From Diplonema japonicum (taxonomy: Eukaryota > Protista > Euglenozoa: Diplonemea), in assembly GCA_964019335.1 (NCBI GenBank), contig OZ025707.1, forward strand, positions 186,001 to 250,000: a stretch of 64,000 nt of DNA. Reading direction: 5' to 3'. The position numbers and the translations under genes were made by a program. How positions within the stretch are numbered: position 1 is the first letter of the stretch; each line of letters begins with the position of its first letter. The notes below the pieces were generated by a model. The model saw only the letters and a program-made list of their open reading frames with translations, did not search any database and was not told where the DNA came from. Below are positions 62,701 through 64,000 of this stretch, piece by piece.

Positions 62701-64000
62701 GGTGGGGAACATCCCGATTCAGATCAGCACAAGAGCACCCTCTGGCTTCGTAACGGCAACCGCCGGAAGCCTCATTTCCAAGAAGCTTTTGTGGCAGGAC
62801 TGGAATGGGATCCCTGTGACTGTAGCAGACATGTCTACTACTGGGCCTGGGCTGGTTGACGTGACGTTCAACACCGAGAGCACATTTGAGGCACTCCCGT
62901 CATCTCTTGTCGAACTGCGTTGGGTGCGTGTTGTGTTCTACACCCTGAACGCCGGCAACACAGATGTTACTTACGAAGTCACCCTCACCACGAAGAGCGG
63001 CCGTACGATCATGGCAACTGCCGACCAGCGCGGAACCCTCTCAGGGTCTTCATCGTCTGTCGAGAGCACCGCGCAGTGGAGCATCGAGACCACCAACATC
63101 GACGTGATGGATCTTATTGGCCTCACGGCAAGGATGCACTTCAGCAACACCGCCTTTTCAGGTGATTTCCAGTTTAACGGTGCTTTGTTGCAGGTGGGCT
63201 ACGAGCGCATCTCACCTCTTGATGACTTCGGCTTCTCAGCTTTCTTGAAGATCAGCAGAGTCGATGAAGCCATGCCGATGACGCTATTCCGTGCGACGCA
63301 CTCCACCGGTGGCACCGTTCAGGTCGATCTCAACACCGCGGCCAACGGCAACGTTTTGCCCGGCTCCGCCAGGGTGATGGTCGTCGACTCCACTGGCAAC
63401 CAGCTGGTGGGGGTCGCCAAGGGTTTATTCAACCTGTTCTCCAACAACTGGGTGCGCCTGTCCGTGAATGCCAGCCTCACAGAGAGCACCGTCCAAGTGT
63501 TCCTCGGTAAATCCAAACTCGAGAACAGCAAGCCAGCCCTCCTCGAACAGTCAGTGAACATGGCAGCGACTGACAGTGTCATGCTAAGGTCCTTCTCCTG
63601 GATGGACCAGCCCATGTCCTTTGGGTACGACAAGTCACGTTTTACTGGCTTCATTCGTGACATTAAGGTGACCCTCGGATCTGGTGAGGAGATGGTGGAC
63701 GTTCTGTCTCTGCCGTTGGTGAACGGGGTGTGGGGTTCGCAACTGAGCCGCACCGCAGGGAAATGGCTGAATAGCACCTTGCCTGCGAGCGGCACGAGCT
63801 ACGATGGTGTTACTGATGTGGATGTCCCCTTGAACCTTGGATTCTGGGCGGGTAAGCTATGCGGTTCATGCAGGTCAGGGTACCATGGCGGGTCATGCAT
63901 GGACAAGGACTGTACAAGCGACGCCCAGTGCGGACAGGGCTACTGCTCTATCACTAACACATCCCTTTTCTTTGGCCAGTGTGTCTGCAACGAGTACTAC
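35711..64000 (+). CDS. Giant secreted/surface multidomain protein, at least 9,430 aa, 3' end beyond the window
   Basis: ATG 35711 (or 35738: MFLLACLLLMTEVQTASG signal peptide) after in-frame stops at 35621-35626; every stretch I translated in this frame is coding-like up to the last base (GQCVCNEYY), and the ORF track lists no closed ORF in this frame, as expected if there is no stop. Confidence 0.9.
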   Translation, partial: MSVLHTPQSMFLLACLLLMTEVQTASGGCSQQGLRRATGAIPHNDVKHLAKEAFGKKPSELQERGIPCEGCSQSTGDSKIFKPLKVHIISLLDNPLHACQSQGSTIPLSHDPQQGATTPRGLETTDNGVSYTCPEAWVMNKAKKDALLRAVSTAVTRIRSTITPVRWSEEEAVVELPTASANCSATGHHAALSDLPFPADGVEADLVLYVAAMPVLWADGNQKQIDINAAGWACHYSLPTYRPNVGFLTFHPSQVFVETSESHYMSSVALHELVQILGWSHDLAEQSKYIQWSTDRTSFTSLPRMTVTRDRSNKKSYDTDVVRERLSFLSDVSFHNYPGVEPGIEGFQGWQTTSPVGTPDKITLVTTPTVVQKAREHFGCEDLQGLEIEDYTFNAMEKKANFNNFPAAFTMFWEKRVLNGEVMNMKVEANAALSVLTIAFLQDTGYYRADFSAAEPLSYGKGAGCWLPNEHCSKWPSTYQCYIHNSYANPTTGSTQCLLDRTAVAMCNGVLPTSFLNPPRVPREYIHADTWLSKKGDPQPIYATSSLDEYFWEQMARAAGGCDAMMDYCPVWQQTSVAQGCLDSRNMNGNNEDCSKGSCSLYSEAGDSSRCFVGDVTTSTLSAPRGRCLRTACVASGSGSHILEVSVGNNIVECTAAGKVNLGKSAAPFTGSIMCPDPNEFCGNSMNSEGGVMLTDVGPVQEPHITKVGEARDFWIRAQKAGEAYEGKDEIVMCVVAGEAAKIDVTTKGATCQQLVDYDLTSRECPGLSVDDQPKTASECYAACCADSKCAAWQWKITGVCVRGESSSSCVAGGADVSAGARISHTVTAEPPKGALLPGESCKAKYVTRLGFDIDPSHEGFAKFTATFTSLSAKLVFYGNGKGFANVVTKDIAVMPGAPARASISAPSAGSAVRNGEPFTVVVDITDMLGNPTNGKLRGARCPWGAPADVLDSNIDKDATLSVDGDCFKYYSTPMTREGAAAKCNAEGGTLAGIGSDGVENLLSFHGGDEWWTGLKALGRGLPLMVEWDSGTSTEWFDTRYGDPFSSSYKPGSFAKGCCFGLWKSTHFGHHKTHYYEESPDIDKCISYDASGDHPFMADCYRELPFFCQFKPSVKVMLSSEDSNIVTAEPVSITGTKAIFRNVRVSRNAPFSSNQHAETFKLSVSTNAPQAITSEKKDFVFSAGEVSVLRTSIQTASGPVTRETVQAGGSFVVVVNTQDRAGSFVPWSEPIRVTVKYANGEDATTASTTCTSQREGQCVWEVSGFKKTGILDIKTTSGELTPKPSSVRVEIIAGPPCKLEPISCPSTGKFGVALGTASFQIVDCHGNKVCNSSAAQEVSLSGSAKEPLKTTFDTNCNGVTTPSACCTGLTGQGQPTCEGAGCVWGSAYNDQKQCPTNTCCYSRNGADLLPLRGGIKEEAAKLCFPNKYGVLYESKAQPRTELGNCADSEPSDFEDWFTFTPTREGKLVLTLEGKSVAITDANAYTNIGEVCAPVAPLTGSTAQYDSYVWNNAQYCDRGVTHLFDAAKCTDTSMTSDLCEQRCTDAGSNGASPCIGFQYSTLLEENKVGMSVDVLSAAVQRTGCPNVNRAWNPSALGWGDASEGEILIDMYQACTNVLTNAASDRENEICCGRDSAGSLLTCAVTQCTFLQTMRKTSCPAAYPYAYVISNVERCCSDDLMNTAITARTCTVGNSVKCSAVSDTKGSWTITVTTNIAAEPILTASFWGTKANTPSASWITEVNDASCTATGKAWHIVSGSSSLARLMCKQTASDSLTIATTQFGSQSKYPKRDFLGCYDATDASITWTALLLHEKVSDCSAVCRGYNLWSMGCPRADGTFECRCGTGTLPTPPHEPYKCWGSETTDQCDGGVEQGSDGVIYGAGGDSNVIAVYGANIDDSIRGSVPCVDFYAFDEHRCELFMEGHDVADSLLTTAAYTDFERGNRQNENSLVNVLKTATPAPDSLGTSTCWKKGFAYQQKKATYSMNVFGPAQKDADMSLSALWTCASPNGEGLKWEGNVEVGQWYTMKVNALEIATSWAGRPQFIVQQEYSGSSGISSDDALIGCSSSTQDNGEDTGKECTPGSPCVPSCGIVEFKGAVLESQATCSEMTLQLSASSPNLQEPGSCNIAMGCVEFSLATPREITAGQPVAASDISFSVISSGIPVGSTDPLQLMVTNNARVGWNLRVVDCNSNVIKTWSSSSDTLASPTWQSSSLATPPQWGPSGYTGTCDELVFVLSSPTHPVNEARNTVSVVTSPPKEVVAVKGLPSCYEACDPTVLFGCDELKWSVELRSEEGARVTTDAGKNVPCTATIQHKNPSTGLWEASNFVTGAATAVTSNGVASFSASYTKVGSIKVTTTCLCYDCGAGATLEEVTDVVAAEPVALKCAKSPEKAVLAMDPFVVQAQVLDAYGNAIGAKAQGMELELTAEVSSGALTGERIANLGTTGEVVWSNLKLNKVASIRLQIAVRLPADVPKAFSFEGCYNDFAAHPLVNEKNCDRKVTLTSMTPEMCSEECQRYPTFALTSSSPGTPASVCMCFTDDVVTAKYGRAEESNCISGCEGDLQAVCGSMPNTDARYLAVYRRDKAYPLPLLAAQCPVFKVYPNSPSALRLVKEPCTDDGMATYLGRCNQDTHAGVCPEAAVGQSLTYAVDVVDAGGNLADISGEYTHFGVKSELISDCKSKISATEGKDGKVTANLQSCNLEAPKNPLVSLALVSTGDVTSFMGGGSKSYAENAKVTFSVVHTKTECISVKAVADGLLDSKVSNEVCFHAGPIASIEIKGAPVSVAAHSPFPPTVATARDTYGNLVKWSSARLHIEPYDEGAEEGADSECMYNGRARSTNSLSHVGKQAPDGSYDSEAYSPVAFLSEGEAVFGGFTYAALEPGFSTTCLRLLVRLKREAAVPQVYSCSAAVSSELITKLSIPEEAYTTVEAKSDRIVITGNKLTFTSQTSIIKVRAGELFNVEVSPTLASGVNCWMQPASCDFSFKVLMEQQSGPGKSCQKCGSDTIAGASKIVSFNAIDKKDAGTYVFAFWGMSDTTVLAPAYLTVVVVPDNPSRLAFTSCEGNLQAEAHIAGKQFRHAVQVEDKYGNPVSGWVNPITLSAVFAGGSRELLSWKDSPPTAIASPSATFQVSIDDALLNDTYTLIARSSGSYTPTALLDTASLQQAATSGSIASNIASLNLDLSTARCSSVAVRPDTAVKCRAKLDGTGSMIKAGSDFTVKVEFYDKYDNAITQQLSQEGKTAQVSLLAPAKGILNGMTKRKISGAQVVFTGLSYEVSPDTITVAVTLSGIDGVSSCATEALKVIPDDPSSLKVTSIAKVSNPSSWKAPRTAIAGPTGSEEGSPLVAGEKFCVKVSVVDRFGNVVDETDPDIRARYGRVPAGAGELPPRNDKFMGNAEVPVLGYITSAVDRFLNLMGGGPAPSLGNTDRVSGRRPPVLDGGSSPSTQQQQSTAPFARTVQLSRYDCAYGGCASDDTLQGKVTQQGTGGEYTFCDVWYERSECITIEAASEGLQSDVTEKVCVDHSVWSKLRCDSDVRRASQYRPMGTFVGTLLDKYGNEAKNCGRDFANGCTVRIRELSEGSGYTPGGKLTDSTLSPGTVRESTNPKGNLVAVSSQNSGIVSFENVYYTRERPQADPLRLELVGPGSIRATCSNSEAYPIVVVASQVACVDSPSEVTAGDTFDVTGEFRIYDSMTGIYEEVVCPGDAKCDTEVFLAASGGSSGKELERFFLSEGARGDAGVVPDCGSNANEASCTGASPLCSWTLREGEPFATGVTEQCHTNNFTGVAAIGSLVKFMNLKFHKAGIINPVITPTLGFAGVAEMADSEVVPPGECSPLKVVAAKPYELCMGPDVERAPDAASLNVLTDMQFPDADTYANLPNLINTVQCAQACNARVQCYRWTFTSATGLCEFKSRGGSAEPQTGAVSGCSGNYEDAICDDAKPTGRCEKCTAEVAGTCGTCPAKTVLAGQPLNFVARAHDIWGNIADDKNTNNVAVTCKVTKGPSGNAKHQPRLYPWAAMRMTSESFSGLVGVASMATPTLKVAGKYTVSCWADVRTKDGAFQSGLPTATDPDTAGGVVWTPVLKTDSHEISADQFLKMLDASPNRVIKRTCPACPNVSHREIYVRILTRTTVALFERLKSSWTAAGNVEGIDYTLHSTYKDAIQGTNPWRYCSADETETCNAKSGSSSTCNGDKWCLFDSTRASGTECYAKDVGFPGWCAPTSATTAGNWNTWDPEFSFFTKATSVEFFVETAPGCSERDGQPVGTTRELLGRTESLTACVAIVKERYHGLDSLLEADGASWFEGKCYAEFSNTEEAEDRKAEWMFNNAEPNWRSCQYPQVNLYVKSLRGCICDGVRCPCSAPPTSDPKLRKDCNIEVLPAAPASLACLSRAPDLFVGSGLDIKVSIQDEYANRKTGIFGPAVRMYTEGGTAVNGGLVPSVPAASLEAGVADLQFMYNTAEDVTLEVETDVVGMEGKRFKCPAAVNDGDTATCCSNKKNCPGASKLAVCPGDLSGLVFLDGPEHDVPCDKPSVTANRKFPTIRVGVFDSRGNLKSFTGLNVTLSVASDGPDGAVPMGVLGGTLSQLTADGVATFDDVSYSKAERIILRAGAMEVSAVSGKSIRTIYRSNRVARVCPGDICRLTVKQSPSTCSFDEENPDAVVIGVEDSTGNPLVSHQADDCKVVLSVATSDTITNASWLDDRSLAPSDAPMEWHRLSDATPVATTEADFRGEYLERSLYMHTVTREADESSSGTSESFVVYGGATVLPGLGSSVYSEVLAARSTYLPSGAPTLRNNVWRYNMRTNVWSKLWSPPAGGTFPAARYGHMAVVVEAKVGTKEAYLFVFGGRTGSAECCDNKLWRFGPLYDENGPALGSSMSWTELEMSDNSVSVQLAHSTAVSFGQRMYVFSGIGGDSTVDMVNAPVDGSVGSKQLFVVDLRDALTTTVTAKLSWKKVKLATGTPLPRGRVQASSVLSGSKWFVVGGALWPSAASIPTPSNEIWSLDLRELETAESAMWKLESASGPDLAGSSVALDSVHNYLLVLGGSPSITGQFGNNVATRASNTIRRYSIERRQWLIEAAEDVAVGTAGCTTRLELEWSGGSATGAVGTDPEFLTRCSTKTQSDCEAGMGVCSTLTTRAACLGDSTDSASDGWRCGWDSVSNTCKEGCLWRDGSSNNGVSPGRRTYAASANGQVYKDPTSSQTRVFFFGGATTPSPESAYLCSGYTVPNTIFGTDVTIACSGDPDVWWVGPVTSDSAEAQRKHAWDMSERCVDPDSSATFSNCATLWRSKTDCLAATSNVSSTGASCLWQAVDEQCSQTDNSGCITITGSTAAVTNSEATFHHVVIGSLRNLPPELYYCQAKAATDQATCDAHTDITSCNGNSLCLWQRQRPTKQMTLQLKASITCATARPSTSCPTIEPIDIPVMSCSRCKLAVLPGSSPRSGARSTLAGKQLVGGTSETGSPFQAHKFGDITVGVVGPNGAVLATNIAEEVATGAIQLKVARTTPGASVDSVTPLKDVTAGAATYEGSSIPGAVFSSVEWTAGNAPATMWVRAEHVNGVCQDSELWPVNVVPDEACDWLITQQQTVRAGDPFSVEVLLKDELGNIAYCGVQEDAWRTGNKVIKSALLSSWVECKNLCDGTSKCMMWNYATSEVTHNDEVVLARTCLLYDEAGKIAQNGMVKIQGGISGMSGVVPCPEGAYLKMEAVSMPADKMPVKPLGTLFSEKHGFGASICYLSETLDMLEHTNRQACLSCCKESSSAFVVEHWDPLSEEYRCGCSAISNHKEWVSSSKCNGVAANRLGYYVTVTELVNEFRREITGHALTFDSLWHNKAEKLVLMFEHSIRTDCPVRYSKEITVTPSAPHHLNVLEVPKEAYASLCGPDEGFDAVFEIVDFWNNRVDATHRVMLQLHEGRGRIDNTAVAAEAGVVRFRVAYDVAERIQLLAIDLDIAGDWTPDEHPASAQQCTAPCYNNNCKNPTPAQCCKLTRPIDIWSGPAAKLVTIEQPPSTPRSFASGRCSPFSYTVELQDKCGNPITEAWSKQYYNAYKDVPLMIEVSSRNANLYKNGDMPGNYHGVVSDLMLRNGKAVIEATYSKADCGVGFAVKVATPGGGVIEAATPNELCVMHCEPDHLKIVEPASCHDVTIPTLPTIGASSKLTPVKVAVLDADGNVCDTANPLHSRRLGCFKDEAGTAMPHKIPIDTASLSIDSCMAACYEAGFNRFGLQQGSMCFCGDGDGYSKYGRNEEIECTTGCAEGTDPNCGGSDSNAVFEIISTYAAVQLTTRNYTLYDANALDPRLSIKAVAGNGGQLVGGVTMPALEGYAVLQAVWLPDRDIRDICRATPTTTGCIGQVTIQAIDTTMSVKPDFCNMQVKRDQVMCSSEAIKTRANERFDIWSWVNALSGALPSTVSSVKITVFDEYGDLRLDPSSDITQSGTQYSLTFATADVPNTKANAVYFKNLYYTSKIDGTGSARRRITIQSDYAQECTIEVEVLPARATECVVSPPKGSCLLAGELFNVGVEMKDSLGNRVATEGARCLTRHSGLVCPNSKKLANAVPQSLAEIRALQGLFNPNRPAEQINLNIGTRRRNGALELFAEDTLQYISDLHVMGQIPWHTVPTDLNALADEVSKGTKCIALDKAVTYANDPSTAATYSFTWKVVECGELWETVCVDTVKGASCPTGVVSPMSTASISLVGAQQGAGGKDVLEVRPATTMGGMAEFVGLRYTRAAVERVFSVSATDQLGLPMNGCSDKRFSLSFAPNVPKTLDSEIWADEEVSEGVVCLSCAPHDQFNILVSALDEYGNHVSWECSGNRQTHASETVGLINIQVVQGTGKLIKSTGTGRPEAAWPGKKLDKGSVVFKGLRYDRADMPVFHVNPRQWSSSLGDAPAGPTETLRFHACFPWSLEITSLPEEAVAGKPFRVDVAIKDKYGNMLTLDPYKLVSSRSPPVEFQFLLPQHNEAPHSVLQIDSNDIPGRLSFVVTQTRILWQVQKMFLDDIGETVQVLVRVDPKIIAVHKLQNSVVQASGLSCRVSPPGFLQDIREVGLYHNEPVKLASSEHDLAVLFDEPFAFGVSAKQQDRYGNVAWDAGERYGVVGCKLERNYVKSGAIEDTLYGAPTTDQAARVELRVSGTISTFNSAAYAADFATIAGVDPSTVTIISITEVTGDPSVASASQGRNLLQVVTYLVVVIELKVPDATKVLSEYVTFVADVVSRCDPVTGTPEQCCVRGAQNKLTCLGGSQCTSNCVLAVPVQKIVPGTPPVSIPQATPVATPVATPKDPKVTPVATPEATPVATPVVTPVTTPVATPQTTPVVTPVATPVVTPVTTPVATPQATPVITPVATPQATPVVTPVDTPAVVPDGNAPEASPFLNDTSPDSAPDDSPLMNDTTPSDVPDDNSTTPNASESMAGGRNLLQFQSPADAYFAQHELERGLTNALLTPHPVSGEYPKKEFYVPQLLMGMKTDLTTALGSSSYFKGQLWFRQSFTRMMQGTFTLMTTCERLSPGQLRIDDPQAPASYRVETGKVDVVPNMISIVKAPGADQCRRAGDAFSFTARLLLASGETPSVAPANVNLVVSIGGESKKTGPFSCNDIVRDARGEYETVCTMNTNSAPLNQRIPGLASSYAPEGGGTGLDRNDRWTSTDPITEVIMQEDADSESRTYSSAMLGTAITFIPACASKMTIFDEPPHEVVVHKPFTVGLQLEDTYGNVGGSYVVRMVAYSADPTAGGQWPNAVNPAATAVDIQSSLLDGGSAYNDAPTVLGKLQYHDLFLESSFLKKLGSSSQGYVWLVAYVLPSSGTGCDGDCDPYAQTGHACSAAGNTRTASFGCLYHVFAPVLVTPDVPARCEFLQYPSYFTSGMTAGHEYGETFKARVLDKYGLPIHELSPSMSGDLLLLQGTSSLHKGYEFESYDSAAILTSFYAESSLRLTHTTAVDTSGGDVLLRVWVRFPTISRGIAQSILSIRNPTTSLAATVDWEPIASPNPGREKLQQVIKITVQQVDGTGSVSAMYNVRTGDISEGWGVWEFKVKEVTSSSTSVDIDVSVDARSLASLSMPCGDIGCVNESDPNVPKTLSEMSIGAGMRLFQAVVKSGTTPVLIAQSQKLFEGTTGGVETTPTGWYTGSNVELQFDNPIDSNARFIQKYPIVEECEPSAEASPPTTNPPNCLRTSQGLNLMWDNVWYGTAEEIVVGVSIPGLPVCSTPPIAVSAGPPYKLACGTPHAKLTPGTPRASSVFIQDIMGNRAACFGVFTKNGNEHVVDCTTGTASVGVAGLETKPLLQPSSKTTEPFRESAEANFVVSYVQPESPSLPMGGAEELPSDKLQDYGITADNGDSEGWDVADYKGSWSRGSDASGDKFFQATDVGTGNPLYTQYLTNGRKNAGAQCAGVKECSANEDPTINNCCRLNNPGRVVGSAVYSLQFRVMANLAADKSPTSDTARVEVTYWKGGETPVELLTMKHTIKGVQLPVTTWQEVSVPHVTPTGAVYATIRVMCWKLDPKVDNACRVLFNDLDLVRQEGGSVFLQYSSTLDRIGGGAIKPVTCGPAEIVPEMSQPAAAAALCTPATCNYNGICSGTWKCPKALSDAFPLYCCSRALSFCCSGLLRSTADAEFREKCGVNFCSGMGGKVTMPSACSVCYDDDDRGHWAGSNCEKCKEGFYGTRCTERLCEVNPENGRECSGHGVCRSDGQCKCFGEETAKPKVVLALSITDDFMTVTSTQASTATAVTPASFSSCNAVLAYYADSTRAWGLPDSGVFSISGTPSASSYYCRFFQDKNFRHHGAALVGGVWKGKGKLASNVATAMGTTTNQYLPLQLLGTNQPGSRMFEFPATDAIVGRKWLHSTLQDGGKTGGAFARYPPADMPYIILSTNPVYTPSAEWVMLKLSDLKAALSTVIGKKSESASVVIKTVVGNGEETNTQSVCVYASTPCATCEPKFVGIFSKCEKGDVKNWRLWFGEGTTDEGQRLVAQSVRVFVSEAADGMEFPTSQQDWSMATVGNIPIQISTRAPSGFVTATAGSLISKKLLWQDWNGIPVTVADMSTTGPGLVDVTFNTESTFEALPSSLVELRWVRVVFYTLNAGNTDVTYEVTLTTKSGRTIMATADQRGTLSGSSSSVESTAQWSIETTNIDVMDLIGLTARMHFSNTAFSGDFQFNGALLQVGYERISPLDDFGFSAFLKISRVDEAMPMTLFRATHSTGGTVQVDLNTAANGNVLPGSARVMVVDSTGNQLVGVAKGLFNLFSNNWVRLSVNASLTESTVQVFLGKSKLENSKPALLEQSVNMAATDSVMLRSFSWMDQPMSFGYDKSRFTGFIRDIKVTLGSGEEMVDVLSLPLVNGVWGSQLSRTAGKWLNSTLPASGTSYDGVTDVDVPLNLGFWAGKLCGSCRSGYHGGSCMDKDCTSDAQCGQGYCSITNTSLFFGQCVCNEYY
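35950..37760 (+). other. Leishmanolysin/GP63 (peptidase M8)-like domain with degenerate zinc site
   Basis: ADLVLYV, YRPNVG, HELVQILGW (36521), TPTVVQKAREHFGCEDLQGLEIED, MFWEKRVLNGEVM (36941), LTIAFLQDTGYY..AEPLSYGKGAGC, MMDYCP. Confidence 0.85.
38600..39045 (+). other. C-type lectin-like domain within the giant ORF
   Basis: DCFKYYSTPMTREGAAAKCNAEGGTLAGI...WWTGL...C..ELPFFCQF. Confidence 0.7.
49900..51400 (+). other. Kelch beta-propeller within the giant ORF
   Basis: FVVYGG..NNVWRYNMRTNVW, PAARYGHMAV..LFVFGG, MYVFSG, WFVVGG..NEIWSLD, LLVLGG, VFFFGG. Confidence 0.75.
54262..54535 (+). other. WSC domain (others near 41080-41390 and 43142-43460)
   Basis: LGCFKD...LSIDSCMAACYEAGFNRFGLQQGSMCFCGD...CTTGC...CGG...AVF. 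Confidence 0.8.
57521..57790 (+). repeat. Mucin-like 12-bp (xxTP)n coding repeat
   Basis: ATPVATPVATP...VVTPVTTPVATPQ, about 20 tetrapeptide units. Confidence 0.85.

Noticed and set aside
35731-63795. Dozens of short ORFs on both strands in the ORF track
   Set aside because: All are off-frame or antisense shadows of the single giant ORF.
1-64000. rRNA, tRNA or spliced-leader RNA genes
   Set aside because: None recognised by eye; a covariance-model search would be needed to exclude small RNAs.

Overview
Eukaryotic, probably euglenozoan/diplonemid-like protist DNA (inferred from all host genes lying on the + strand, homopolymer-rich intergenic DNA, few short GT-AG introns and a GP63-family domain). 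Left third (~596-21529): about 2.3 near-identical tandem copies of a ~9.13 kb unit holding a secreted subtilisin gene and an ankyrin-repeat gene interrupted by a poly(A)-tailed non-LTR retrotransposon. The array is bounded by the 3' end of a tyrosine-recombinase element (left) and an internally deleted Mutator-like element (right). The retrotransposon family has hit the same nucleotide of the 102-bp ankyrin repeat (AAATAT^CTTGTTGA) two or three times, suggesting a site-specific LINE that targets ankyrin coding repeats; it also ends in an unusual triple Cys/His finger. Middle: a FYVE protein, retroelement relics, a Kv-type K+ channel, an intron-containing Tctex-1 dynein light chain and a GT61 glycosyltransferase. 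Right 44% (35711 to the window end): one intronless ORF of at least 9,430 codons that the ORF track misses because it has no stop in the window. It encodes a giant secreted protein with a catalytically degenerate leishmanolysin/GP63 (M8) head on a DxxGN Ig-like scaffold carrying inserted C-type lectin, WSC, PAN, Kelch, SEA/mucin, LamG-like and EGF modules.
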